The notes below the pieces were generated by a model. It saw only the letters and a list, made by a program, of their open reading frames with translations. It did no database searches and was not told where the DNA came from. This document shows, one piece after another, positions 1-12,060 of a stretch of 64,000 nucleotides of DNA. The stretch's first letter is position 1, and every line of letters starts with the position of its first letter. This DNA comes from Azolla caroliniana (Eukaryota; Plantae; Polypodiophyta): assembly GCA_043228905.1 (NCBI GenBank), contig JBHGNT010000003.1, positions 6,324,001 to 6,388,000 of the forward strand. Reading direction: 5' to 3'. Position numbers and translations under genes: made by a program.

Positions 1-146
1 ACCGGAGTCAATTCGAGCAAGTTCCGAAGCCGAACCAACTCGGGTTCAAATCCGACTAGAACGATATCGGGTGAGCCAACCGGCTGCACTCCAACAAGGT
101 TCGTAGTCAACTCCGAACCGAGCTTCGTCAACCGAAACCGAATTTG

Positions 147-3100
147 ATGGCATCAACATCCGGCTCGTCAGAAATGAGTCTACGAAAGTTCGATGGATCG
201 AACTTCAACTTCTGGAAGGAGCAAATGCAGGACTATCTCATAGTCAAGGGGCAAATCGATCCCATCGAAAATGAAGAACCTCCAGAAGGATACAAACCAA
301 TTGAGTGGCAGAAGCTGGACAGAATTGTCCGCGCCACGATTCGGATGCACCTATCGGAATCGGTATACTTTACGGTGCAATCGTGTACGACAGCATTCGA
401 ACTGTGGAAAACACTGTCGGACACTTACGAAAAGAAGGTCGCCGTAACGAAGATGTTTCTGATCCGGCGCCTCTACAACTTGCGGATGAAAGAATCCGAT
501 TCGGTTCAAGCACACCTCAATGAGTACGAAAGCATAAGCTCCCAAATCTCGTCACAGGGGACGGCAATCGAGGATGAACTCAGAGCAATGATACTCATGA
601 GCAGCCTTCCCTCATCATGGGAAACTTTCGTCACAACCGTGTGCAACGCGTCAACCACGGCTGTTAAATACTCCGAAGTCACGAGCGCAATCCTGACCGA
701 AGCAGCTCGGAGAAAGTCTTTCGCCAAAGACTCAATAGACGACGCTTACGTAGTACAAGGTTCGACAGACCGATCGAACATACGAGGAAGAGACTCCTTA
801 CGGCCGCCGAACAATCAGCGAAGACGGAGCCAGTCACGGGATAACCGAATCTGCAACTATTGCAAGAAACCCGGACACATCAAAGCCGACTGCCGCGCAC
901 TCAAGAACAAGAACAACAAGAAGAGTGGCCGGCATGAGGAGATCAATTACGTCAGCTTCTCAGCTGATGTGCTACCAAACGACCCGAATATACTATCAAT
1001 CGAAAATCCAGTCGGATCAGAAGTTCTGCTCACGACTGAAGAATCGAGCACATGGCTCTTAGATTCGGGCGCGTCATTTCATGTGACTCCTCATCGATCC
1101 CAATTTCGGCAATATACGATCCGTCACTCCGACTCAGTTCGGGTCGGCAACTCACAACACTGTGACATCATCGGAATCGGCACAGTAGAGCTTAACCTTG
1201 CCGGTGGCTCTACACTTGTACTCCACAATGTCCGACATGTACCCGAGCTCTCAAGGCCATTGATCTCAGTCGGACAACTAGATGAAGACGGCATTCGTGC
1301 CGGTTTTTCTTCGGGAGGGTGGACACTCCACAGGGGGAACCTCCTGCTTGCTAGAGGACCCAAGATACACTCCCTGTATCCGTTACATGTTACGCTCAGA
1401 GAGGGTAACCTGTTTTTGGTGGATATTCCTGTGTCATCACTATGGCACCGAAGATTAGGACACCTCAGCAAGGCCGGCATCACGCACCTGTCTAGAGCCG
1501 GATACATCCCCAAACTCTCCTTCTCGGACCATCAATTCTGCGAGCATTGCCAGTATGGCAAACAAGCAGCCGCATCACACCCGACATCAGCACCAAGAGA
1601 AACGAGACCTCTTGATTTGGTCCACTCGGACGTCTGTGGCCCAATGCCGCATCAGTCACTCGGCGGTGCCTCTTACTTCGTCACTTTTATTGACGATTCG
1701 ACTCGAAAGGTGTGGGCTTATCCAATTCGCACCAAAGATCGGGTCTTCTCGATCTTCACCGATTGGCTCGCTATGGTGGAAAATCAAACCGACCGAAAGC
1801 TGAAATGCTTTCGGACAGACAATGGGGGAGAGTTTAAATCCGAAGAATTCGTCAAATTCTGCCGACAACGCGGCATCCGACGTGAATTTACGGCACCACA
1901 TAGTCCGGAGCAAAACGGGATTGCCGAACGCATGAATCGGACAATCCAAGAACGGACAGTTTCCATGCTCCAACACTCCGGACTGTCGGATGGCTTCTGG
2001 GCAGAGGCTCTACTCACGGCAGTACACATAATCAATATGTCGCCAAGTAGACCTCTAGGACTTCAAATTCCTCAGGAACTATGGATCGGCAGTAAGCCGA
2101 ATTACGACAAGCTGAGGATCTTCGGATGCGAGGCGTACGCCCTTATTCCGAAAGATGATCGCCGAAAACTTGCACCTCGGTCCAGGAAATGCATTTTCCT
2201 TGGATATGGATCCGACGGCGAAATGGGATACCGACTCTGGGACCCCGAACGCAGACAAATCGTTCGAAGTTTGGACGTTGTGTTCAACGAGTCGGCTATG
2301 AATCCATCAGTCGAAAAACCGATCGAAGTCCGAAGGGTAACATTTTCCGATGTGCCGACCCTTCAAGAAGGCCTCGCTCTTAACACACGGTCAGCTTCAC
2401 GGGTAGCTGAACCTTACACTACCGACTCGGACAACTCCGACTCGGCACAGCCGAATGATTCGCTTTCGGACCATCCGACCCCGATACCCGATGCGACCAG
2501 TCCAATCTTACCTCGACGATCCGAGAGACTGTCGCAACCTCCGGAGAGGTATTCTCCTGGAATTTTCTTCACCGACGCCGGCGAACCGACGTCTTACGAA
2601 GAAGCATCGACATCTGTTGATTCAGCCACCTGGCATCTGGCGATGGAGTTGGAAATGCACTCCATTCGGGCAAACAAGACTTGGGATCTGGTTGAATTAC
2701 CCAGGAACCGACGTGCTCTTCCTTGCAAGTGGGTTTATCGACTAAAAGAGACGTCTGATTCGACCACCCCAAAGTACAAGGCCAGATTAGTTGCGAAGGG
2801 CTTCCGACAAGAATATGGCGTCGACTTCGACGAGATTTTTTCACCAGTGGTGAAAATGACAACCCTTCGTTTCCTACTCGGCGTAGTGGCAGCCGACAAC
2901 TTGGAGCTGATTCAGCTAGATGTCAAAACAGCCTTCCTCCATGGTGATCTTGACGTGGAAATTTATATGGAGCAGCCAAAAGGCTTCGTGGCGACTGGCC
3001 AAGAACATCTAGTCTGCCGACTCAGGAAGAGTCTATACGGCCTCAAACAGGCACCGCGACAATGGTACAAGAAGTTCGACGACTTCATCCAATCGATCGG

Positions 3101-4160
3101 CTTCTCAAAAAGCGATGAGGACCATTGTCTCTTCACCAACACAGCTCAAGATGGATCACCCATCTTCCTCATCATTTACGTGGACGACATGCTAATTTCT
3201 GGACGCCACGCGGGCGACCTTGCCGATCTCATTCGGCAACTGCGGTTGAAGTTTGCCATGAAGGACCTCGGTCCGGCACGACACATCCTTGGCATGAAGA
3301 TTAGTCGGCATCGCGATAAACGACATCTTTTTTTGTCTCAGACCGACTATACCCGACGTGTCTTAGAACGCTTCAACATGCAATCAGCCAAATCTGCTTC
3401 AACCCCGCTCCCCATGAATCTTCGGCTCTCTCAGCGAGACTACCCGACATCCGGTCCGGAGGGGGAAGATATGAAGTCGGTACCGTATGCACCGGCAGTC
3501 GGCTCCCTTATGTACCTGATGGTCGCGACACGGCCTGATATTTCTCACGCCGTAGGAGTCGTTAGCAGATTTATGCACAATCCTGGCCGATCGCATTGGA
3601 ACGCAGTCAAACATGTGTTCAGATATCTGGCTGGCACAAAAGACCACGGCATTCTTTTCGGCCCGAACCGAACCTCAGGCGTAGTCGGTTACACCGACTC
3701 GGACTTCGCCGGCTGTATAGACAGTCGGAAATCTACAACCGGATACTGCTTCAAATTCGGCAATGGAGCAATCTCGTGGAAGTCGAAACTTCAGGAGTGC
3801 ACAGCGACCTCAACGACCGAAGCAGAATATGTAGCTGCGTCCGACGCAGCAAAAGAAGCTTTGTGGCTCGGTCGGCTGGCGCACACGTTTCGACAAGTCG
3901 ACCATGACTCGGTTCCAGTTGTCTACAGCGACAGTCAAGGTGCTGTTGCCTTGTCGAAAAATCCGGTTCACCACAACGCCTCCAAACACATCGACGTTCG
4001 ATATCACTTCGTTCGGGACTGCGTCATTTCAGGGAAAATCGGTCTAGAGAAAATATCCACAACCGACAATGTCGCAGATGGAATGACCAAATGTCTTTCG
4101 GCAGACCGCTTTCGGTCTCTTCGGCATCAGATGGGCGTAACGACAAACCAGTCCGGTTAG
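147..4160 (+). CDS. Ty1/copia gag-pol polyprotein, uninterrupted (~1337 aa)
   Basis: Single ORF with gag (KFDGSNFNFW), CCHC knuckle (CNYCKKPGHIKADC), protease (WLLDSGAS), GAG-pre-integrase/integrase (HSDVCGP, TDNGGEF, QNGIAER), RT (YKARLVAKG, DVKTAFLHG, YVDDML) and RNase H (YTDSDFAG, ADGMTK) in copia order PR-IN-RT-RH. ATG at 147. Confidence 0.97.
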   Translation: MASTSGSSEMSLRKFDGSNFNFWKEQMQDYLIVKGQIDPIENEEPPEGYKPIEWQKLDRIVRATIRMHLSESVYFTVQSCTTAFELWKTLSDTYEKKVAVTKMFLIRRLYNLRMKESDSVQAHLNEYESISSQISSQGTAIEDELRAMILMSSLPSSWETFVTTVCNASTTAVKYSEVTSAILTEAARRKSFAKDSIDDAYVVQGSTDRSNIRGRDSLRPPNNQRRRSQSRDNRICNYCKKPGHIKADCRALKNKNNKKSGRHEEINYVSFSADVLPNDPNILSIENPVGSEVLLTTEESSTWLLDSGASFHVTPHRSQFRQYTIRHSDSVRVGNSQHCDIIGIGTVELNLAGGSTLVLHNVRHVPELSRPLISVGQLDEDGIRAGFSSGGWTLHRGNLLLARGPKIHSLYPLHVTLREGNLFLVDIPVSSLWHRRLGHLSKAGITHLSRAGYIPKLSFSDHQFCEHCQYGKQAAASHPTSAPRETRPLDLVHSDVCGPMPHQSLGGASYFVTFIDDSTRKVWAYPIRTKDRVFSIFTDWLAMVENQTDRKLKCFRTDNGGEFKSEEFVKFCRQRGIRREFTAPHSPEQNGIAERMNRTIQERTVSMLQHSGLSDGFWAEALLTAVHIINMSPSRPLGLQIPQELWIGSKPNYDKLRIFGCEAYALIPKDDRRKLAPRSRKCIFLGYGSDGEMGYRLWDPERRQIVRSLDVVFNESAMNPSVEKPIEVRRVTFSDVPTLQEGLALNTRSASRVAEPYTTDSDNSDSAQPNDSLSDHPTPIPDATSPILPRRSERLSQPPERYSPGIFFTDAGEPTSYEEASTSVDSATWHLAMELEMHSIRANKTWDLVELPRNRRALPCKWVYRLKETSDSTTPKYKARLVAKGFRQEYGVDFDEIFSPVVKMTTLRFLLGVVAADNLELIQLDVKTAFLHGDLDVEIYMEQPKGFVATGQEHLVCRLRKSLYGLKQAPRQWYKKFDDFIQSIGFSKSDEDHCLFTNTAQDGSPIFLIIYVDDMLISGRHAGDLADLIRQLRLKFAMKDLGPARHILGMKISRHRDKRHLFLSQTDYTRRVLERFNMQSAKSASTPLPMNLRLSQRDYPTSGPEGEDMKSVPYAPAVGSLMYLMVATRPDISHAVGVVSRFMHNPGRSHWNAVKHVFRYLAGTKDHGILFGPNRTSGVVGYTDSDFAGCIDSRKSTTGYCFKFGNGAISWKSKLQECTATSTTEAEYVAASDAAKEALWLGRLAHTFRQVDHDSVPVVYSDSQGAVALSKNPVHHNASKHIDVRYHFVRDCVISGKIGLEKISTTDNVADGMTKCLSADRFRSLRHQMGVTTNQSG

Positions 4161-4353
4161 AGCCGGACACAGAGCATGATGGTTCCCGACAACCGACATC
4201 AGTTCCTTAATGATCGGCTTCAACTGTTCCGACCCGACCATTTCGGTCTTCTGCCTTCGGACCCTACCGACTCGAACAAAGCTGATATGTCCGAGAACCT
4301 AAGTCTATACCTGTAATCTTAGATAACCCATGTATACGCCCATTACGGGGGAG

Positions 4354-4524
4354 TGTCGAATACATGTGTATAATGGACGTATTCACACTATCCCGTTTTG
4401 GCCATTTATGTAATTAGCATAAAGGGTAGTTGCCCTAAGTCGGTCACTATATATAGTGACCTTGTAACCTTTTTGAAAGGTTGGGTGTTGTATTATTGCT
4501 TTATGGAATAAGAAGTCTTTTGTG

Positions 4525-4555
<31 letters not shown>

Positions 4556-4645
4556 GTGCAACGACCTACAATCTGTCATACGCAGGTGCAGAAAAGAATC
4601 CATTGCTTCTTGATCTTCCGCATCGACACGGCCTTGTCTCCAACA
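4354..4645 (+). repeat. copia 3' LTR (292 bp)
   Basis: TG...CA termini, follows the PPT, TATA-like TATATATA near 4448, (CT)n tract at ~4525-4555. Confidence 0.85.
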
Positions 4646-7353
4646 CCGCCAAGGTCAAGGAAGAAATCGACAAACTGCTAAGAGTTGGCTTTATCCGTCC
4701 GGTAAAGAAAGCGACATGGCTGAGCCCGATCGTAGTCGTACCGAAGAAGAACGGGAAAATTCGAGTTTGCGTGGACTACCGGAAACTCAATGCGGCTACG
4801 GTAACGGATGCGTTTCCACTTCCGTTCACAGATGGAGTGTTGGATGCCGTCGCCGGCCATGAGGTCTATAGCTTCCTAGACGGATTCAGCGGGTATAATC
4901 AAATCCGGATGCACCCCGACGACCAAGAGAAAACGACATTCGTCACCGAATGGGGGGTGTTTGTGGCCGTGGTGATGATGTTCGGACTCAAAACGGCACC
5001 GGCAACATTTCAACGAATCATCATGGAAATCTTTGGGGAATATATACCGGCTTTTATGCAGGTTTTCCTGGACGATTTCGCCGTCTATAGCCGGGAGGAG
5101 GACCATTTTCAGCACCTCCGTCTTTGTCTAGAAAAGTGTAGAGCGTACCGGCTAAGCTTGAATCCGGCAAAGTGTGTATTTGGTGTGTCCAGTGGAACTT
5201 TATTAGGACATATCGTGAGCCAGGAAGGTATTGCAGTCGACCCGGACAAAGTGAAAGCCATATTAGAAGCACCAGCGCCGGCAACGGCAAAGGCATTAAG
5301 CCGGTTCTTAGGCCAGATCTGGTGGCACAACCGGATGCTCCGATACTTGGCCGACCTGGCTACACCGTTGCATGCCGTCGTACATCGGACACCATTCCAA
5401 TGGAATGACACTGAGGATAGGGCGTATAAGGCCCTCAAGGTACTATTGTCGCAAGCACCGGTAGTACAACCTCCGGATTGGAGTAAAGAATTTCACGTGT
5501 TCGTGGACGCCTCTGACATCGCAATCGGAAGCGTATTGATGCAGCTTACGGAACCAAAGTGGTACCGGCCAGTGTACTATGCCAGCCGGAAGCTATCCCA
5601 AGCAGAACGGAACTACTCTACTACGGAACGGGAAGCTCTAGGAATGATCTACAGTGTGACAAAGTTTCGGCACTATTTATTGGGAAGGAAGTTTTCCTTC
5701 CATGTAGATCATTCGGCACTCCTTTACCTGGTGTCCAAGGCGTCACTCACCGGCAAATTGGCCCGGTGAACCTTATTGTTATAGGAGTTCGAGTTTGAAA
5801 TATTCCACCGACCCGGTATACAGCATGTCGTAGCGGATTACTTAAGCCGATTGGAGTCCGGAGAGACGGGTGACGGAGTACCGGATGAGTTTCCGGATAC
5901 GGAGCTGTTTCGAGTCACTACGGAGACGGCAGTAGATGAGACAGTAGCCCATGAAGACAAGTGGCTCACAAATATGCACCAGTTTCTGAGCACAGGACTA
6001 CCTCCGGAAGAGCTGAACCGGGACGAACGGAAACGCCTGGCGGTGCAAAGCTGACATTTCTGCTTACTGCAAGACACACTGTACCACAAGGGCGCGGATG
6101 GCATATGGAGACGGGCGATGCGCAGCAATGAAAAGGAACTGATACTAAGGGAAGCCCACTGTGGAGTTGCCGGAGGTCACTATGCCGGAGATGCGACAGC
6201 CAGAAAAATATGGCAAAGTGGCCTATGGTGGCCAACGACATTAAGAGATGCGGTACGGTACGCAAAAGAATGTGACCTATGCCAGAGAATGGGCCAGCCA
6301 ACGGAGCAGGCTCGTATGCCACACCAGCCGGTACTACCACTCGAGCCATTCCAAAAGTGGGGGTTGGACTTTGTAGGACCATTCAAGCCACCGACAATGA
6401 GAACGGGTGATCGGTACGTTATCGTTGCTACGGATTACTGCACGAAATGGGTGGAGGCCAAAGCTTTACGGGATAACACCGTTGCGTCAACGACAAAGTT
6501 TCTATACGAGTACATCTGGTGCCGTTACGGATGCCCCATTGAATTGATAAGTGACCAAGGGGGGCACTTTCTCGGACAAGTAGTGGAAAGCCTAACGACC
6601 TTCTATGCCGTGGTCCACAAACGAAGCACACCTTACTATCCACAGGCGAACGGATTAGCGGAATCAACAAACAAGACGCTCCAGAATATCCTTCGGAAGA
6701 TCGTCAACGAGAACCGGACGGATTGGGACACAAAGCTACATAGCGCGCTTTGGGCATACTGGACGGCATACAAAACGAGCATTCGAACAACACCGTTCCG
6801 GTTGGCGTTCGGACTCGAGGCGGTCATGCCGGTAGAATTCCAAGTACCTAGCTTACGGATCCAGCTATGAGAACGGCTGAACGAGAAGGAGTCGGAGACA
6901 ATAAGGTTGACACCGCTGTGTGAGCTCGAGGAACAACGGTTGGCCAGCATCCTACATTTAGAATTGGAGCAACGGCGACGGAAAGCATTCGTCGACCGAC
7001 ATAGGAAAGGTAACGAAAAAATGTTCGCAATCGGCAAACCGGTGTTAGTATTCCAAACCCGGATGGGCAAGATGCCGGGTAAACTAAGGTTTAGATGGAC
7101 CGGACCGTATTGGCTAACACGGGAGTATAATGGGTCCTACCAGTTAGGGACACTTGCCGGCGAAGTGCTAGGCAAATGGGTCAACGGATTCCGGTTAAAG
7201 GCATATAGAGGATCGATGCCTAAGAACCCGTTTGAGCAAAGGACCGACGAGACGGCAAGCCGGGAACCGGAGAGAATGAGGCCGGTAAGGGTCCGAGAGG
7301 ACCAATGGACAAGTGACGTCACACTAATAATAATAATAACGGGAAATAAATAA
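4646..7353 (+). pseudogene. gypsy pol (RT-RH-IN), copy 1
   Basis: Same frame throughout, with premature stops at ~5767 (TGA), ~5782 (TAG), ~6052 (TGA) and ~6868 (TGA) where copy 2 has W/Q/R/R. Confidence 0.92.
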
Positions 7354-7480
7354 ATAAATAAATAAAATAAAAATCATGCAAAAGCAAGGAATGAATGGAT
7401 GAAAGAGCGTGGAGCGAAAAGGTACGTAGTGGGCATTTAAAGCACCACCACAGGACATAATGCTATTTTAAGTACGCGAC

Positions 7481-10410
7481 ATGCACACACTCGAAAAAGG
7501 CGCTAGAATGCACAGACTTAAACCATTGCGCGTAGAGACCCTCTACTTTCGCGAACCCAGGAGCATAGAAGCACCAAGACGTTGCAAGATCATCAGACGA
7601 GAACCTGCGCACAGAGAACCCCCGCCTTTTGAACTCTCTCTTTCTCAACCCCACTCTCACCATCCATCCTCGCCACCGCAATCCGACCCCGACACAGAGA
7701 TGGACCCGCAAATGTTGTCGGAAGCCGCCAAGACATGGCTGAAGCAACACGGGCTCGAGGGCTTCTTGATGATGATGGAAGTACCGCCACACAAAGAAGC
7801 CGACAAAGTGATCAAGGAAATCGATACAGAGGTCATAACGGTAGAGGCGATTTGAGCGTTAACAGGCCTTCCGGAGGGAGGCATACTCACGATCGACAAT
7901 CCAACCCCGGAGCAACTCATCAGGTATTTTGGTGAGTACTCTCTAGCCAGCAAGGGCTACCGGACACAGGGCGACAGAGATATGCTGTTCCGCGAAATTG
8001 CTCGTGTGCTCCATGAATACGGCCACGTGTACCCTAGACCCCCTGTCATGCCGCAGAACCGGGCAGGGATGATCATCGCCACCTATGAAGGGATCAAGGT
8101 GGATTGGCCGGTATTGATCGCAGACGGGTTGTATGTGGCGATCGAGATCGTCAGAGGCAAAGACGGCAAAGAAGGCCGAGACGGACAAAGGATATGGCAC
8201 GCCATAACGCAGTGGCTCACCTTGCTGGTGCCACCCGTTCAGACCGTCCAGCCCAAGAAGCGAGGAAGAGTGTTGGACGGCACCCCAAGGACGGCTTCCA
8301 AACGGCAACAGCTGTTGGCCTCTAAGGCCACTAAGGGAAAGGCGGCGGATGCAGAGCAGGAAGCGGCAGCCGTAAGCGCCCAACGGAGGCGCAGGAGGAA
8401 CCACCGGCACGGCCCGTAAAGGTCACACTCCGCCGACCGGTGAATCGAGAAGCGGACCCCTCGGCGGCAAAACTCAATGCCGGAGCTCCGGAGGAGGAAA
8501 TAGAGGAGGAGCCTATGGAGCACCTCCAGCGACGGTCGTCGGCAAGGACCGTTGAGACAGTCGGGAAACGTTCGGACCCTCAGACGGAGGGAACACCGGC
8601 TCCCCATAGTGAGACTCCCACGCTAAGGAAGGAACCGGAACTGGTGCATATGGCACCGGAAACAGAAGCCCCGGCACCACCGGCAACACCGGCAAGTCCC
8701 ACCCCGCCAGAGCCGGAAAGATCACTGCAGCCTCCCTCGGTCAGCCAAGAAGAAGCGCAAGGGGAACCAGGACAGCAGGATGGTCCACGGGCAAAAACGG
8801 AACTGCAACTCGGCGCAACCAGGCGGGACCACCCCTCTACAAGTGAGCCCATCTGTCAAACCTCCGTGCAAGCACAAACAAAGCACCGACGAATAGATAG
8901 TCGGAGCAGTGGGGTATATTGAGGCGGAAGAAAGAGCGCAAAGCGAACAGTTGCTCGTCACAACCGAACAACTAGAGACGGCCCGGTCCAGAATCCGGTG
9001 CCTTGAAAAAAACTTGGATCAGGTCACGACAGAGATGGCCAAAATACGGATCCAATCACCGGTGACTCCGGTAAGTGTACAGAATAAAGAAACGGAACGA
9101 CCTGTACATAGCAATAAGACCCCGACAACGGAAACCGTTCCGGCAAGAGATGCGGTGCAAGCTCAGGAGCTTGCGGAATTGAGAGAGGAACTTGCCGCAC
9201 AAGAAGCGCTAAGGAGCCGTGAACGAGAATTGAAGACGGCGGCCAAAGCCGAATTAAAGAAGACTGTTGAGAACCTCCGTCGGGCAGAGGAGAGCCTCCG
9301 GAAAGGCCATCAAGCGTACGACCGGCTAAAGGAGGAGAAAGACAAAGTGCTGCAGGAAAAGGACAAGCTGTGGAAAACGGCGGAAACAGAGATTGAACGG
9401 CTAAAGGAAGAGCTCCGCCAGCAGAAGGACTGCGAGGACCGGGCCCGTCGTCAGATCAACGCACGGCTCAAGCAAAAGACGGATGATTTTGAGCACCTGC
9501 ACCGGGACTACAATCGGCTGGAAACGGAGCATAAAGAACGGATGGCCGAGCTCCAGCAGGCAGTTGATCGGGCCGCGACGGCGATCGTCGACGAACGGGT
9601 GGAAAATACAAGACGCTTGGACGAGGCGGAGAAGGTCCGGATGGAGCTCCAGAGGCAGCAACAGGAAGACAAAGAGAGAGCGTCAACAGTATTGCAGAAA
9701 TTACAAAGCACATATCAAAGGCAATTGACGCATTACAAGGCGCAGGCGGAGGACAACGTCAAAATCATCAAACAACTGAAGGAGGAACGGCAAGCAGCGG
9801 AAACCAAATCGCAATTGGGAACGAGCCGGATTCAGTCCATCCTCCGGGCATGGCTGAATCAGACAAAACACTTGATTGATGAAAGCTCCGTAAAATGGTG
9901 GACAAAGTGGGCACAAAACGCGGCGGAACTCCAGTTGCTACGGGCGGATGTGGCAAACCGGCGGAAGGAAGGAGATGACTGTTATACGTTGACTTCTGAG
10001 GACTTCACCGCCATACGGGACGAGCTGGCCGACGACTTCCAAGTCCTGGCAGATGAACAGCGGCGCAGATCAGGCAGCTCGTAGCTCAGCTGGACGATGA
10101 TAGGTTGGACGCTCAAATCCAGTTTGAAAGCTACGAGTGGTCCCGAGTGCGGGAAGAAAAAGCACGGGAAGCGGCAACGGTTAACCTTAGTGATGAGGAA
10201 CCGTCGCCGGCTGAGGGCCAGCCGGAGACCACTACGACGCAGGGAGCAACGACGGAGACGTCGGTGTCAGAGCCACAAACGGAGGAGTAGCCGCAGCAAC
10301 CACCAACGGACCCGCCGCAGCAGATTGCAATAGCAACAACAACAACCACTTCCAGATGAACCATTGGAGCCTCTCGAACAAAGCATTCTGGACATTTTGG
10401 ACGAAGAATA
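7481..10410 (+). pseudogene. gypsy extra 3' ORF (N-terminal helical domain + long coiled coil), copy 1
   Basis: ORF pieces 7481-7855, 7982-8419, 8440-8922, 8909-10084 and 10105-10290 match the pieces of copy 2 (36982-34035) and are broken by stops and frameshifts. Confidence 0.8.
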
Positions 10411-10465
10411 GCAAGGGTCGGTTGTGGATTCGACGTACAAGGTACTGTCCCACGGGCGTGCCATG

Positions 10466-10899
10466 TGTTACCGGCCAGCAAAGGAGTCCAGAGTGGGAAA
10501 CGAAGAGCTAATTAAGTAGTAGGAATGTGGTTGTAATTAAGATATGAGTGTGGACGGACGGACCGGAAACGGTATGCCGTTCCGGATCCGGATCGATCCC
10601 GAACAGGTGCGGATGGCACCGTGTTGTAATACAGACCAAAAACCTATTTAAAGGCCCGGATACAATGTAATAGTTAGCGGTTAATTAATGAAAGCTTAAG
10701 CGTTGTTATCTCTCTGTGTTAATTGCCGTTCTGTCTTAATTGTTATATCTTCCGCGTGTTATGAAAGACGATCCTAATAAGTAACTTAATTAAGTCGGAT
10801 TAAGCGTTGAAGTCTAATCCGGTTGCCGTAACACCCTTTGGTGAAGTGTCTCCCGTAGACACCCTGTGTTAGGCCATTGTCCGGCCCGAAGAGTTAATA
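10466..10899 (+). repeat. gypsy 3' LTR copy 1 (434 bp)
   Basis: Starts TGTTACC and ends GAGTTAATA (CA>TA). Reverse complement of the LTRs at 33548-33980 and 51935-52367. Confidence 0.93.
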
Positions 10900-11856
10900 G
10901 GTTGCATGGATCTTATTTATGGTTTCATGGGTCTAACTTCGTCCAAGCTAGCAAAAGGATAGATTTAATCATGACTAGCATTTTCTCAAGGCATTTGCCA
11001 TTGGTTGGTTGGTTGTTCTAGCCAAAGATCAAGCTCATTGATTTCAAAAGTGCGTCTCCTTTGGTGCACATAAGTTGTCTAAGGTCACCTCTAGCCAATG
11101 TTCACCAAATGAAAGGGGAGGTAGATGTGCTAGTTGATCCCATATCAAGGTGCATATTTAGGTCTATATTTTAAAGCCAACCTTCAATCCATCATTAACC
11201 TTTTTGGGGTTGGGTGGCTTGGGAGGTGCACTTTGTGTACTATCCAAATGTTCTTCTAAACCTCAGAATACAAATTGTTCCATAAACCCATTTGTAGTTG
11301 TGGCTACCTTAGGGTGACTTTAACTTGTCGAATGCAAGCAAGAAATTGCATATGAAGAATCCTACATAATGGGATCTGTTTGACACATACAAAGATATAT
11401 GCACACACATGCGCGCGTTTATGTATATGCATGTATATACATAGACACAGAGCATGTGTTTTTCACTAATGGTTAACTCACCACGATGGGAGCTATTGAT
11501 TGCTTCTGCACAATGATTTTGAAAATTTAACACAAACAACCGAGGGCGAGTTGTGTTCCTCATCAAGGGAGTGTGGGAGGCACCACAAGAGGGACATGGT
11601 CAAAGATTTTGAAAATTGCTCAAGTTAGGAGGGATGACAGATGAAATTTTTCCAAATAGTTGGCCTTATTTGTCTTGTAGATGTATCTAGTGTGATTCTT
11701 TAGACCATCAACGAAGGGATTGTGCAGATTTCCAAATTGCTCTTCGACGTGATGTCGTATACCTGTTTGACAACCAAATCCATTAGTTGGAAACACAACA
11801 TCATTTGAGCACCAACTTTGGTCGTGGAGGAATGAAGAAGCTAATGGAAAATTTGG

Positions 11857-12060
11857 AGCTAGGGTCAAGGGTTTACACAAACTTATTATTCCATGTTAGT
11901 TGGAGTTAGAGTTTGGTCCATTAGAACTAGGGTTTAGGGTTTATACAAATTTATTATTCCATGTCAACTAGAGTTAGAGTTTGTCCATTAGAGATAGGGC
12001 TTAGGGTTTACACAGACTTATGATTCCATATCAGCTAGAGTTAGAGTTGGTTCATTCGAA
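11857..12060 (+). repeat. ~67-bp tandem repeat x3 containing telomere-type TAGGGTTTAGGGTTT; 4th copy at ~12651-12720
   Basis: Units ctagggtttagggtttatacaaatttattattccatgtc...gagttagagt at ~11859, 11927, 11994 and 12652. Confidence 0.75.

Larger units (their letters stand above)
1..4645 (+). mobile_element. Ty1/copia LTR retrotransposon (5' LTR outside window) inserted into gypsy RT
   Basis: PPT GGGGGAG at 4347-4353, then 3' LTR TGTCG...CCAACA 4354-4645. Gypsy RT sequence resumes at 4646 (ccgccaaggtcaagg), matching the second gypsy copy at ~48765. Confidence 0.9.
4646..10899 (+). mobile_element. Ty3/gypsy (non-chromovirus, Athila-like layout) retrotransposon copy 1, 3' part, degenerate
   Basis: RT (CVDYRKLN, LDGFSGYNQI, FLDDF), RNase H (FVDASD), integrase (HHCC, WGLDFVGP, SDQGGHF, QANGLAE), GKLRFRWTGPY motif, extra 3' ORF, LTR 10466-10899. 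Colinear with 33548-48770 on the - strand. Confidence 0.95.

Noticed and set aside
4522-4645. N-terminus of the 415-aa ORF 4522-5769
   Set aside because: Chimeric read-through from the copia LTR (CT microsatellite) into gypsy RT; not a real gene start.
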